Shown here one piece after another: positions 18,671 to 29,095 of a DNA stretch of 64,000 nt. The position numbers and the translations under genes were made by a program. The first letter of the stretch is position 1, and each line of letters opens with the position of its first letter. The notes beneath the pieces were generated by a model. It saw only the letters and a program-made list of their open reading frames with translations, was not told where the DNA came from and did not search any database. The DNA is from an uncultured Desulfobacter sp. (GTDB taxonomy: Bacteria; Desulfobacterota; Desulfobacteria; Desulfobacterales; Desulfobacteraceae). Location: contig OY762069.1 of NCBI GenBank assembly GCA_963665095.1, forward strand, positions 4,672,001 to 4,736,000, given 5' to 3'.

Positions 18671-21600
18671 TTAATTCTCTTGATGATAATGCTGCAATGG
18701 TTTCACCGTCAGATTTTTCTTTTTCATGGCCTGAATAGCCAGGCTGATGGCCCTTGCCCCGTCTGTGGTGGTGGCATAGGGTATTTTATATTTAATGGCC
18801 GCCCTGCGGATTTCATACCCGTCTCTCTGGGTCTGGCTGGAGGCACCGGTGTTTAGAATGAGTTGAATTTCGCCGTTTTTCACCGCATCTACCACATGGG
18901 GGCGGCCGGCAGAGACCTTTTTTACAAACTTAGATGGAATCCCGTGTTCTCCCAGGAACTGAACGGTTCCCCGGGTGGCCATGATGGTAAATCCCATGTC
19001 ATGGAATCTCTGGGCCACGGGCAGACCTGCTTTTTTATCCTTATCCTGAACCGAGATAAAAACGGTTCCCTCTTTGGGAAGCTTCTGGCCGGCACCAAAC
19101 TGGGACTTGGCCACAGCTGCACCTAAATCCTCGTCAATCCCCATGACCTCCCCTGTGGATTTCATTTCAGGACCCAAAACCGGATCCACCTTGGCAAACC
19201 GGTCAAAGGGCATCACCGCTTCCTTAACACAGTAATAGGAGGGAATTACCTCTTTGGTCACGCCCAGTTCCTTTAAGGTTTTACCCAGCATTACCTTGGT
19301 GGCAAGCTTGGCCAGCGGCACACCGATTGCCTTGGATACAAAGGGTATGGTTCTGGATGCCCGGGGATTAACCTCAATGATGTATACCGTGTCATTCATG
19401 ATGCCGAACTGGATGTTCATCAGGCCCTTGACATTAAGTTCCTTGGCAATGGCTTTGGCTGCATCCGCCATCTCTTTAATATGGTGTTCGTCAATGGAAT
19501 AGGGTGGCAGCACACAGGCAGAATCACCGGAATGGATGCCAGCCTCCTCAATATGCTCCATCATGCCGCCGATAATGGTGTCCTCACCGTCGGAAATGGC
19601 ATCCACATCCAGCTCAAAGGCTTCCTCCAGGAACTTGTCAATGAGTACCGGTTTGTCCGGAGAGGCCTGTACAGCCAGTTCAAAAAAGGATTCAAGATCT
19701 TTTTCATCATAAACAATTTTCATGGCCCGGCCGCCCAATACAAAGGAGGGGCGAACCATGACAGGATATCCAATATCCCTGGCAACAGTCACTGCTTCTT
19801 CATAGGAATGGGCAATACCGTTGTCGGGCTGGCGCAGGCCCAGTTTTTTAAGCATTTCAGCAAACAGATCCCGGTCCTCGGCCCGGTCAATGCTTTCAGG
19901 GCTGGTACCGATGATGGGAACCCCTGCCTTTTGAAGATCTGTGGCAAGGTTTAAAGGCGTCTGACCCCCGAACTGGACAATCACACCAAAGGGTTTTTCC
20001 TTTTCAACGATGTGCAGTACATCTTCCCGGGTCAGCGGTTCAAAATAGAGCTTGTCCGAGGTGTCATAGTCTGTGGAGACCGTTTCCGGGTTGGAGTTGA
20101 CCATGATGGATTCCACCCCCTCTTCCCTTAGGGCAAAGGAGGCATGGACACAGCAGTAGTCAAACTCAATGCCCTGGCCGATGCGGTTGGGACCGCCGCC
20201 CAGGATGATCACTTTTTTCCTGTCTGAGACCCTGGCTTCACACTCTGTTTCGTAAGTGGAGTAATAATAAGGGGTTTTGGCTCTGAATTCTGCCGCACAG
20301 GTGTCCACCAGTTTGTAAACAGGCACAATACCTAAGTCTTTTCGTTTCTGTTCAATCTGCTTGTCTGTATACCCTCCGGACAGATAGGCCAGCTGTTTGT
20401 CCGAGAACCCGTATTTTTTGGCCTTTTCAAACAGATCCCTTGGCAGGTTCATGCCGGCCAGCTTCAACTGTTTTTCCAGATCCACAATCTGTTTCATCTG
20501 GTACAGAAACCAGGGATCAATGTCTGTCAATTCATGGATCATGGTGATGGGCATACCGTGTTCAATGGCATACTTCAGGTAAAAAATGCGCTGGGAGTTA
20601 GGCGTGGACAGCTTGTATTCCAGGTCGTTTCCCGCCACAGAGCCTGGTTCCGGGTCTTTGCCATCCCCGCCAAAACCTGCCCGGCCGATCTCCAGGGAGC
20701 GCAAGCCCTTTTGCAAGGCCTCTTTAAAGGTTCTGCCGATGGACATGGTCTCCCCAACAGATTTCATGGCCGTGGTGAGAATATCGTCGGTCTCAGGGAA
20801 TTTTTCAAAGGTCCAGCGCGGAATTTTGATCACGCAGTAATCAATGGAGGGTTCAAAACAGGCCATGGTTTCGCCGGTGATATCGTTGGGGATCTCATCC
20901 AGGGTGTAGCCCACGGCCAGTTTGGCTGCAATTTTGGCAATGGGAAACCCTGTGGCTTTTGAGGCCAGGGCCGAAGATCTGGAGACCCTTGGGTTCATCT
21001 CCACCACTATAATATCCCCGTTATCCGGATTTACGGCAAACTGGACATTGGAACCGCCGGTGTCCACGCCGATCTCTCTCATGATGGCAATGGATGCATC
21101 CCGAAGATTCTGGTACTCTTTGTCGGACAGGGTCTGGGCCGGGGCCACGGTGATGGAGTCGCCCGTATGAACACCCATGGCGTCAATATTTTCAATGGAG
21201 CAGATGATCACCACGTTGTCGGCATGATCCCGCATCACCTCAAGCTCATACTCTTTCCAGCCAAGAACGGATTCTTCCAGCATCACCTGGGTGATCAGGG
21301 AGGCATCAAGACCTGCCTTGGCAAGGTTGTTCAGCTCTTCCATATTATAGGCCACACCGCCGCCGGTACCGCCCAAGGTAAAGCTTGGCCGCACAATAAT
21401 GGGAAATCCGATGCGCTGGGCCACCTCTTCCACTTCAATCATATTGGTGGCAAAACCGGATTTGGGAATCCGCAGGCCGATTTTGTTCATGGCATCCCGG
21501 AACAGTTCCCGGTCTTCGGCCTTGTTGATGGCATCAATGGAGGCCCCGATGAGCTCAATGTTGTACTTTTCAAAAATTCCTGTTTTGGCGGCATCAATGG

Positions 21601-21895
21601 TGGTGTTCAACGCGGTCTGGCCGCCAAGTGTGGGCAGCACTGCATCAGGCCGTTCAATTTCAATAACCTTGCACAGGGTTTCAGCACTCACCGGCTCAAT
21701 ATACACGCGGTCGGCTGTTTCAGGGTCTGTCATGATGGTGGCAGGGTTGGAGTTGATTAAAACAACTTCAAACCCCTCTTCCTTCAGGGCTTTACAGGCC
21801 TGGGTCCCGGAGTAGTCAAATTCGCAGGCCTGGCTGATGATGATGGGCCCTGCCCCGATAATAAGAATTTTATGGATGTCGTTACGCTTTGGCAT
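18671..21895 (-). CDS. carB: Carbamoyl-phosphate synthase large subunit
   Basis: [30 protein letters not shown], two ATP-grasp halves, MGS domain. Confidence 0.98.
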   Translation of the reverse strand: MPKRNDIHKILIIGAGPIIISQACEFDYSGTQACKALKEEGFEVVLINSNPATIMTDPETADRVYIEPVSAETLCKVIEIERPDAVLPTLGGQTALNTTIDAAKTGIFEKYNIELIGASIDAINKAEDRELFRDAMNKIGLRIPKSGFATNMIEVEEVAQRIGFPIIVRPSFTLGGTGGGVAYNMEELNNLAKAGLDASLITQVMLEESVLGWKEYELEVMRDHADNVVIICSIENIDAMGVHTGDSITVAPAQTLSDKEYQNLRDASIAIMREIGVDTGGSNVQFAVNPDNGDIIVVEMNPRVSRSSALASKATGFPIAKIAAKLAVGYTLDEIPNDITGETMACFEPSIDYCVIKIPRWTFEKFPETDDILTTAMKSVGETMSIGRTFKEALQKGLRSLEIGRAGFGGDGKDPEPGSVAGNDLEYKLSTPNSQRIFYLKYAIEHGMPITMIHELTDIDPWFLYQMKQIVDLEKQLKLAGMNLPRDLFEKAKKYGFSDKQLAYLSGGYTDKQIEQKRKDLGIVPVYKLVDTCAAEFRAKTPYYYSTYETECEARVSDRKKVIILGGGPNRIGQGIEFDYCCVHASFALREEGVESIMVNSNPETVSTDYDTSDKLYFEPLTREDVLHIVEKEKPFGVIVQFGGQTPLNLATDLQKAGVPIIGTSPESIDRAEDRDLFAEMLKKLGLRQPDNGIAHSYEEAVTVARDIGYPVMVRPSFVLGGRAMKIVYDEKDLESFFELAVQASPDKPVLIDKFLEEAFELDVDAISDGEDTIIGGMMEHIEEAGIHSGDSACVLPPYSIDEHHIKEMADAAKAIAKELNVKGLMNIQFGIMNDTVYIIEVNPRASRTIPFVSKAIGVPLAKLATKVMLGKTLKELGVTKEVIPSYYCVKEAVMPFDRFAKVDPVLGPEMKSTGEVMGIDEDLGAAVAKSQFGAGQKLPKEGTVFISVQDKDKKAGLPVAQRFHDMGFTIMATRGTVQFLGEHGIPSKFVKKVSAGRPHVVDAVKNGEIQLILNTGASSQTQRDGYEIRRAAIKYKIPYATTTDGARAISLAIQAMKKKNLTVKPLQHYHQEN

Positions 21896-23024
21896 TTTCC
21901 ATCACTTTTGCAAACTGGTTAAAAAGATAGGCCGCATCATGGGGACCCGGGGAGGCTTCAGGGTGGTACTGGACGGCAAAGGCCCGGATAGAGTCATTCT
22001 TCAATCCTTCCAGGGAGTCTTCATTCAGGTTGATGTGGGTCAGATGGCAGTTTTCTTTGCTCAAGGTGTTCAGATCCACGGCAAACCCATGGTTCTGGGA
22101 GGTAATTTCAACCTTTCCGGTATCTAAGTTTTTAACCGGCTGGTTCCCGCCCCGGTGGCCGAATTTAATTTTCATGGTCTTTCCGCCCATGGCCAGACCT
22201 AAAAGCTGCATGCCAAGGCAGATGCCGAAAATGGGAAATTGTCCGAGAAGCTTGCGGATGGTTTCCACGGCGTAACTTAAGGGCTCGGGATCACCAGGAC
22301 CGTTTGACAGAAATACCCCGTCCGGATTTAACTTTTTGATGACTTCGGCATCTGTGTTAGCCGGCACCACCAGCACCTCACAGCCGTTTTTTTCAAGATT
22401 GCGGATAATATTGTATTTAATGCCGAAATCAAGGGCCACCACAGAGTGTTTTTTACCTTTGTGTCGCCAGATAAACGGTTTTTCAAGGCTTTCTATATTC
22501 ACATAATCCGGCTGGTTATATTTCCAGAAATAGGGTTTTTTAGTGGAGACATAGCCCACCAAATCGGAACCTTCCATGGAAGGAAGCTGTCTGGCCCTTT
22601 GCACAAGCGAAGCAGGATCCAGATCCGAGGTGGAGATCATGGCCCGCATGGCGCCATTGTTGCGGATGTGCCGTGTCAACGCCCGGGTGTCCAGGTCTTC
22701 AATACCCAGGACGTGGGATTTTATCAGATAATCGGCAAGGGTGCCTTTGGACCGGAAATTACTCGGAAATTCCTGGTATTCTTTGACAATAAAGGCTGCC
22801 ACATGAACCCGGTCAGATTCAACATCTTCAGGGCAGACCCCGTAATTGCCGATGAGCGGATAGGTCATGGTGACCATCTGGCCGTAATAGGACGGGTCCG
22901 TCAGGATCTCCTGGTATCCGGTCATACTGGTGTTGAACACCACTTCCCCCTGGGCTTCGCCCGGCCCTGTAAAGCTTGTGCAGGGAAATGTCCTGCCGTC
23001 TTCCAGGGCTAGTAATGCTTTCAT
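21882..23024 (-). CDS. carA: Carbamoyl-phosphate synthase small subunit
   Basis: [38 protein letters not shown]. Confidence 0.98.
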   Translation of the reverse strand: MKALLALEDGRTFPCTSFTGPGEAQGEVVFNTSMTGYQEILTDPSYYGQMVTMTYPLIGNYGVCPEDVESDRVHVAAFIVKEYQEFPSNFRSKGTLADYLIKSHVLGIEDLDTRALTRHIRNNGAMRAMISTSDLDPASLVQRARQLPSMEGSDLVGYVSTKKPYFWKYNQPDYVNIESLEKPFIWRHKGKKHSVVALDFGIKYNIIRNLEKNGCEVLVVPANTDAEVIKKLNPDGVFLSNGPGDPEPLSYAVETIRKLLGQFPIFGICLGMQLLGLAMGGKTMKIKFGHRGGNQPVKNLDTGKVEITSQNHGFAVDLNTLSKENCHLTHINLNEDSLEGLKNDSIRAFAVQYHPEASPGPHDAAYLFNQFAKVMENAKA

Positions 23025-23309
23025 ATGGATTAATACCTGTCCCTTAAATTTTTATGGTAAAAAAGCGTTGTGCCAAATATTTGGAACCTGTTTAAATATC
23101 ATGAAAATGCCTGGATTATCAAGCCCGCATTACAGGGGAAACAGGGTCTTGGCACGCAAAGATTCTTAACAGTCTTTAAATTCCGCTTTGCTGAAGAAAA
23201 AGAAACAGGGTTGAAAAGCGCGCATCGTTCTTATATGTCTATATATTATTTCATAAAAGTCATGTAGTTCAACCCATAACCGTTCAATTTTCGATATGGA
23301 TTGTCATCA

Positions 23310-25712
23310 ATGAAATCAGCAGCAAAGGTTCTTGTTCAGATTTGTATAGTACTCCTGCTAGGAATCACGCCTGGATATGCCTCCCAGGATAAGGCCCGCG
23401 CCCTCAAGGTTATTTCCGAATTCAGTCATGCCGGGGGCCGCATCGGCACCTATCACGCCCTGCTTGTGGGGATCAATGACTACAAAGACCCGGAAATCCC
23501 TGATCTTGAGACCCCTGTGAGCGACGTCAATGAGATGGCATCCCTGCTGGAGAAAAAGTACGGGTTCCAGGTGAGCCGGCTCATCAACAGCAAGGCCTCA
23601 AAAGATGGTATTTATAATGCTTTAAGACACCTTGTGGGCACGGCAAAAAAAGAAGATTCCGTGCTGATTTATTATGCCGGGCACGGAGGGCACGACAAGC
23701 TTGTCGGCGGGGGATACTGGGTACCCTGGGATGCCAGGCATAGTAATACGGGATCCTATTTTGATAATGTACTGACCCAAAAACTGATTGCCGGCATGAA
23801 GGCCCGGCACGTACTTCTTATTTCCGACTCCTGTTATTCCGGCACCCTGTTCGGCAAGGCAAGGGCCCTTCCCCCGGACATCACGGACAAATACTACCTG
23901 TCGCTTTTCAACGAAAAAAGCCGGTGGGGCATGACCTCGGGCAATTTCACCCCGGTGGCGGACGGCGGTACCGACGGCCACAGCGTATTTGCCTACCAGC
24001 TGATCAAGGCGTTAAGGAAAAACAGCAGCCCCTACCTGTCTACCCAGCAATTGTACACAGGATTTGCCCATATTGTGGCCAACAACTCGGAACAGAGCCC
24101 CATGTGCCGCCCCATAAAAAACACCGGGGACCAGGGCGGTGAATTTATTTTTATCATGGCCGGGGGGCCTGGTCCTGACCCGGCTGCCCCGGCACCCCCG
24201 GCCGGACAGAAACAGGCCTGGCTGTCAGTGGAGGCCAACGTGGCCAATGCCGATGTCCTGGTGGACGGGCAGTCTGTGGGCAAAACACCCTTAAGGGATT
24301 ACGAGCTTGTCCCGGGTGATCACAGGATTACAGTGGTAAGCCGGGGCTACGACAATTATGAAAGAAACTATACCTTTCGTTCCAGCCGGTCCAGGGACGT
24401 CAACGTGGTGCTGGTCAAAGCCTTGCCGGTTAAAGGCAGTCTCGCTGTTGATACCGTGCCCGAGGATGCGGTCGTTAAAATCATGAACATCCGGGAAAAA
24501 TACCAGAGGGGAATAGAACTTGCTCCGGGCAAATACCATGTGCAGGTTCTTGCGCCTGGCTATGATACCCGAGACCTGTGGGCAGAAGTGGGCCGGGGCG
24601 AGGATAAAATCATCACCGTGCATCTGGAAAAGGCGGAAGAAAAACAGCCTGTTCCCCAAAAGCCCACAGCGTCATCCGGCAGTACCGCACCTGCCCAAAA
24701 GCCGGAAACGTCATCCGGCAGTGCCGCACCGTCTTCCGGGTCATTCAGCAGCCAGCTGGACGACCTTGCGGCCAGAAAAGCCAAATGGGAAGCCTGGCAG
24801 TCCCACATGGAAGCGGATTATAATAAACTCAAAGCCCTGGAAAACGACAACACCATCCCGGTAAAGCAGCGCAAACAGTTTTTTAAGGCCTTTTTGTCCA
24901 CCTATGGGGCGGATAATGTTTACAGCAGCCGGGATGAGGCCCTTCGCAAGGCCGCAACCTCGGCTATGGAACTGATGGACATATTGGGCAAGCCGTTTGT
25001 GGAGCCGGTAACCGGCATGGAATTCGTGTGGGTGCCGGGCGGCTGCTATCAGATGGGCGATACCTTCGGGGATGGGGAAGACAATGAAAAGCCGGTGCAT
25101 GAGGTGTGCATAGACGGCTTCTGGATGGGCAAATACGAGGTAACCCAGGCTCAGTACCGGACAGTGACGGGTCAGAACCCGTCCGAATTCAAAGGGGATC
25201 GAAATCCTGTGGAGCAGGTCAGCTGGGATGATGCTAAATCCTTTATATCCAAACTGAACCGTCAGACAGGTAAAACTTTTGCATTACCCACGGAAGCCCA
25301 GTGGGAATATGCCGCCAGAAGCGGAGGAAAGAAAGAGAAATATGCCGGGGGCGGCAATGTGGACCAGGTGGCCTGGTATAAAGGCAACAGTGGAGGGAAA
25401 ACCCATCAGGTCGGCACAAAAATTCCCAATGGCCTGGGCATATATGACATGAGCGGTAATGTCTATGAGTGGTGCGAAGATGTGTATGACCAAGGCGGAT
25501 ATAATAAACATTCAAAGAATAATCCTTTAATTACGTCCGGTTCATCCTACCGCGTGATCCGTGGTGGCAGTTGGGGCAATTACCCTAGGAACGTGCGGGC
25601 GGCCGGCCGGAGCAGGTATTCGGCTGATTTCCGCCTCAGCTTCATGGGGTTCCGCGGCAGCTACGTAGGGTTCCGCCTCTGCCTTGTCCCTGAGTCCGGC
25701 AGGAAACAGTAA
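23310..25712 (+). CDS. Predicted exported caspase (peptidase C14)-PEGA-FGE-sulfatase/C-type-lectin protein; probable DGR target
   Basis: Signal-peptide-like N-terminus; ALLVGINDY, YYAGHG and SDSCYSG (His/Cys dyad); PEGA-like VDGQSVGKTPL; FGE motifs GKYEVTQAQY, LPTEAQWEYAARSG, NGLGIYDMSGNVYEW, RVIRGGSW. Confidence 0.9.
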   Translation: MKSAAKVLVQICIVLLLGITPGYASQDKARALKVISEFSHAGGRIGTYHALLVGINDYKDPEIPDLETPVSDVNEMASLLEKKYGFQVSRLINSKASKDGIYNALRHLVGTAKKEDSVLIYYAGHGGHDKLVGGGYWVPWDARHSNTGSYFDNVLTQKLIAGMKARHVLLISDSCYSGTLFGKARALPPDITDKYYLSLFNEKSRWGMTSGNFTPVADGGTDGHSVFAYQLIKALRKNSSPYLSTQQLYTGFAHIVANNSEQSPMCRPIKNTGDQGGEFIFIMAGGPGPDPAAPAPPAGQKQAWLSVEANVANADVLVDGQSVGKTPLRDYELVPGDHRITVVSRGYDNYERNYTFRSSRSRDVNVVLVKALPVKGSLAVDTVPEDAVVKIMNIREKYQRGIELAPGKYHVQVLAPGYDTRDLWAEVGRGEDKIITVHLEKAEEKQPVPQKPTASSGSTAPAQKPETSSGSAAPSSGSFSSQLDDLAARKAKWEAWQSHMEADYNKLKALENDNTIPVKQRKQFFKAFLSTYGADNVYSSRDEALRKAATSAMELMDILGKPFVEPVTGMEFVWVPGGCYQMGDTFGDGEDNEKPVHEVCIDGFWMGKYEVTQAQYRTVTGQNPSEFKGDRNPVEQVSWDDAKSFISKLNRQTGKTFALPTEAQWEYAARSGGKKEKYAGGGNVDQVAWYKGNSGGKTHQVGTKIPNGLGIYDMSGNVYEWCEDVYDQGGYNKHSKNNPLITSGSSYRVIRGGSWGNYPRNVRAAGRSRYSADFRLSFMGFRGSYVGFRLCLVPESGRKQ
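24655..24732 (+). repeat. Two tandem 39-bp repeats encoding a Pro/Ser-rich linker
   Basis: CCCAAAAGCCCACAGCGTCATCCGGCAGTACCGCACCTG followed by CCCAAAAGCCGGAAACGTCATCCGGCAGTGCCGCACCGT. Confidence 0.85.
25545..25712 (+). other. Putative DGR variable region (VR) and 3' IMH-like tail
   Basis: Codons at usual Asn template positions are NNC/NNT (TAC, ATC, GGC-AAT-TAC, AAC, GGC, AGC, TAT, TTC, CTC-AGC-TTC, GGC-AGC-TAC) between invariant scaffold codons. Confidence 0.7.
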
Positions 25713-25729
25713 CAGCCGCGAAGCGACAG

Positions 25730-25805
25730 GGGCCTATGATCCGGCAGGGGCGCATGGCCACGAAGGCGGCAGCCGTGGCCATGCCGCCTGCCGGATCATA
25801 GGCCC
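25730..25805. other. Long GC-rich hairpin/cruciform after the VR (DGR target-recognition-like)
   Basis: 19-bp perfect outer stem (25730-48/25787-805) and 11-bp inner stem (25752-62/25774-84); no U-tract. Confidence 0.75.
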
Positions 25806-25816
25806 TGGGAGGGTGG

Positions 25817-25897
25817 TGGGGTCACATCTTGATCAGTGATTTAATAACTCTGTTTCATACTCAACCCCGACTAATCACTAATCAAGATGTGACCCCA
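25817..25897. repeat. REP-like inverted repeat (TGGGGTCA family)
   Basis: 25-bp arms TGGGGTCACATCTTGATCAGTGATT / AATCACTAATCAAGATGTGACCCCA, one mismatch. Confidence 0.8.
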
Positions 25898-26046
25898 GAT
25901 TCCTCGAATGCCTTTTTTCCTTTGATCCTGTATATAGAAAAATCACGGTCAATAGTCGCGACTTCATTTATCCCCATTTTTTCAGCGAGCAGGATAAGGC
26001 ATGAATCTGCAAAATCCATTGGTAGATCTCGATACTTTTTAGTCAA
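25882..26046 (-). pseudogene. C-terminal fragment of a VapC/PIN toxin
   Basis: Manual translation LTKKYRDLPMDFADSCLILLAEKMGINEVATIDRDFSIYRIKGKKAF; N-terminal half missing; 3' end runs into the REP-like repeat. Confidence 0.8.
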
Positions 26047-26169
26047 CCAATCGGAGGGCAAAATTACGTGTATCCATTGGGTTCCCGATTCCTATCAATT
26101 CAAAATTTGATTTTGCCTGCCGGTTCAGGGTAATATTCCGGAGCAAAAAATAATTCGAAAGGCCAAGAC

Positions 26170-29067
26170 ATGACCCAAGACCCTTTAGACCTGTCAATTG
26201 ACCGCTCTTTTACTGACTTAAGCCAGTCACTCAGGCAGACGTTATCCTGTCGTGTTGAAGATTTTTTAAACGCCGCAGGTATAGAAGGCCTCAGCGGACT
26301 GCCGGTAAATTCTGAAGAATTTTTAAAGGTGATGCTGTTCAGCCCTTTTGTTGCCGAGCACATCACTGCCTCCCCGTCAATCGTTGACCGCCTTGGAAAC
26401 AGCGGTGATCTCGAAAAGAGGTACAATCCGGCCACCTTGAAGGATAAACTGGATCTCTTTGCAAAGGAAATCAGGGATATTGCCGGGGTAAAATCGTGTA
26501 TGCTTGAATTCAAAATTTATGAAGTCATACGCATTGCCTGGCGGGATCTCACCGGTGCGGCACCCTTGGCAGAAACCATGGCGGATCTGTCCAATCTGGC
26601 CTGTGCCTGCATAAGCTTTGGATTTCAACGGTTATACCCGGTTCTGACGGAAAAATGGGGAACGCCTTGTGACCATCTGGGAAACGCCCAGAATATTGTG
26701 GTGCTGGGCATGGGAAAACTCGGCGCAGGCGAGCTCAATTTTTCTTCGGACATTGACCTTATTTTTGTTTATCCAAAGGAAGGTCACACCACCGGCGACA
26801 GATCCATATCCAATGATGAGTTCTTCACAAAATTGTGCCGGGAATTTATCAAGCTGTTTTCAACGAGCAACGGGGCCCATTTTTACCGTGTGGATACCCG
26901 CCTGCGACCCTTTGGGGAGAGTGGGCCCCTGGTCATGGATGCGTCGGCCTTTGAGCACTATTACCAGTCCCAGGGCCGGGAGTGGGAGCGATATGCCATG
27001 ATCAAGGCGGCGCCGGTGGCAGGTGACCTGCCCGCCGGCCGGGATATTCTTGACTCCCTGCACCCCTTTGTTTTCCGCAGATATCTGGATTACGGGTCCT
27101 TTGATTCATTCAGGGATATGAAACAGCGTATTGCCCTTCAGGTGAAAAGCGCAAAGCTGAAAAATAATATTAAAATAGGTGCCGGCGGCATCCGGGAGAT
27201 TGAGTTTTTCGGCCAGCTGTTCCAGCTCATCCGGGGCGGGGTGGAACCGGCCCTGCGGGCCAGGCCCGTTCTGACAGTTCTGGATCTGCTGGTGGAAAAG
27301 GGGTGTATCGACGCAAAGGTATGCGAAGAACTTAAACAGGCATATTATTTCCTGCGCCGTGTGGAAAACCGCCTTCAGGAATACCAGGACCGCCAGACCC
27401 ATGACATCCCTGAAGATCCGGTGCAAAGGAAGATCCTTGCTCTGTCCATGGGATATACCAACGAACCGGCATTTTATGCTGAACTTTCCAGGGTTCAGGG
27501 CATTGTACATAAACATTTTTCAAGGCTTCTGGTGGCTCAGGATGAGGAGGAGACGGATAAAAGCGGCCAGGATCTGAAACAAATCTGGACCAGCATTACG
27601 GATCCCCAGTTTCATATTCAGGATATGTCCATTTCCGGGTTTAATGATCCGGACCAGGTGGTGCGCATCCTTAAGACACTTGCCACCCATCCGCACACAC
27701 GCCAGCTCTCCCAGGCCGGCCGCAATAAACTGGCCCGCCTGGTACCCCTTCTGATTAAAAAGGCAGGCCAGCACCCGGATGCCGATGCCGTCATCGCGCG
27801 TCTGTCTGATCTGGTGGCCACCATTGAGCGTCGCACCTGTTATCTTTCTTTACTCATTGAAAACAAAGGGGCGTTGGATACCCTGATTATTCTGGCCCGT
27901 AAAAGTCCCTGGATTATTACCTTTTTAAGTCAGCATCCTGTGCTTTTAGATGAACTTATGCACCCTGCAACACTCTATTCACCTCCCAAGCGGGAGATGC
28001 TTGAAAAGGAGATGGAGACAAGGATGGCCCGGGTATCTGGTGAAGACCTGGAATATCTGCTGGAAGAGCTTAACATCTTCCGTCAGATCAATACCCTTCG
28101 GGTGGCGGCGGCCGATGTATCAGGCAACTATCCGCTGATGAAGGTGAGCGATCATCTCACCTGGATCGCTGAAACAGTTATGGGCCAGATCCTCTCTTCA
28201 TCCTGGCAGATCGTGACCGAAAAATACGGCAGACCCCCGGGTATTGCCGAATCAGGCTTTAAGGGGTGCGGTTTTGCCGCCATCGCCTATGGCAAGGTCG
28301 GGGGCCTGGAGATGGGGTATAAGTCGGATCTCGACCTGGTGTTTCTTTTTGATGCAGAATCCGGGTACACCACCGGGACGGACCGGTCCATTGATACGGC
28401 CAGATTTTATTCCAACCTTGGCCAGCGCATCATCCATGCCCTGACCATGCATACCGCAGCCGGTACACTTTATGGTGCGGACATGCGGCTTCGACCCGGA
28501 GGGGAGTCCGGCACCATTGTGTCCCATATTGAATCCTATGAAGAGTATCTTAAAAACAATGCATGGACCTTTGAGCACCAGGCCCTGATCCGGGCCCGGC
28601 CTGTGGCCGGAGATCCCTTACTGTTCAGGCGGTTTGACACCATCCGTAAAAAAATTCTGACCCTTAAAAGGGATGCGCAGACCTTAAAAACCGAAGTGGG
28701 GGAAATGCGGGAGAAAATGCGGGCTCAGCGGTTAAAGTACGAACCCGGACTATTTAATCTGAAGCAGGGCCGGGGAGGCATTGTGGATATTGAATTTTTT
28801 GTTCAGTATATGGTGCTGCGCCATGCTGCCGACCATCCCGATGTTGTGGAATGGACGGATAATATCCGGCTGCTGGAGGCCTTAAGCGTGGACTCCCTGA
28901 TATCCGGCGAAGACAGCGGTGCACTTCAGAGCGCCTATGTGACCATGAGAAAGGCCATACACCGCCTGACCCTTCAGGAGCTTCCCGCCATTGTGACAGA
29001 AGACCAGTTTCGCGATGCAGCCGCCGATGTGGCCCGGATTTACGATGGGGCATTGGGTTCTGATTAA
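26170..29067 (+). CDS. glnE: Glutamine synthetase adenylyltransferase/deadenylase
   Basis: Two nucleotidyltransferase halves: MGKLGAGELNFSSDIDL and YGKVGGLEMGYKSDLDL; GGIREIEF / GGIVDIEF. Confidence 0.96.
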   Translation: MTQDPLDLSIDRSFTDLSQSLRQTLSCRVEDFLNAAGIEGLSGLPVNSEEFLKVMLFSPFVAEHITASPSIVDRLGNSGDLEKRYNPATLKDKLDLFAKEIRDIAGVKSCMLEFKIYEVIRIAWRDLTGAAPLAETMADLSNLACACISFGFQRLYPVLTEKWGTPCDHLGNAQNIVVLGMGKLGAGELNFSSDIDLIFVYPKEGHTTGDRSISNDEFFTKLCREFIKLFSTSNGAHFYRVDTRLRPFGESGPLVMDASAFEHYYQSQGREWERYAMIKAAPVAGDLPAGRDILDSLHPFVFRRYLDYGSFDSFRDMKQRIALQVKSAKLKNNIKIGAGGIREIEFFGQLFQLIRGGVEPALRARPVLTVLDLLVEKGCIDAKVCEELKQAYYFLRRVENRLQEYQDRQTHDIPEDPVQRKILALSMGYTNEPAFYAELSRVQGIVHKHFSRLLVAQDEEETDKSGQDLKQIWTSITDPQFHIQDMSISGFNDPDQVVRILKTLATHPHTRQLSQAGRNKLARLVPLLIKKAGQHPDADAVIARLSDLVATIERRTCYLSLLIENKGALDTLIILARKSPWIITFLSQHPVLLDELMHPATLYSPPKREMLEKEMETRMARVSGEDLEYLLEELNIFRQINTLRVAAADVSGNYPLMKVSDHLTWIAETVMGQILSSSWQIVTEKYGRPPGIAESGFKGCGFAAIAYGKVGGLEMGYKSDLDLVFLFDAESGYTTGTDRSIDTARFYSNLGQRIIHALTMHTAAGTLYGADMRLRPGGESGTIVSHIESYEEYLKNNAWTFEHQALIRARPVAGDPLLFRRFDTIRKKILTLKRDAQTLKTEVGEMREKMRAQRLKYEPGLFNLKQGRGGIVDIEFFVQYMVLRHAADHPDVVEWTDNIRLLEALSVDSLISGEDSGALQSAYVTMRKAIHRLTLQELPAIVTEDQFRDAAADVARIYDGALGSD

Positions 29068-29095
29068 CTCGGTTCTGGTCAGGCAGCCGGGTAAT

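Noticed and set aside
17762..18856. 364-aa plus-strand ORF
   Set aside because: Antisense shadow of purF/carB with no recognisable motifs
23060..23170. Sigma-54 promoters from two TGGCAC hexamers
   Set aside because: Neither has the TTGC -12 element at the right spacing
25817..25897. Integron attC site
   Set aside because: Lacks RYYYAAC/GTTRRRY ends and no integrase is present; better described as REP-like
23025..26169. Complete DGR cassette (RT, avd, template repeat)
   Set aside because: No RT-like ORF and no AAC-rich copy of the VR seen by eye on either strand; only the target side is supported
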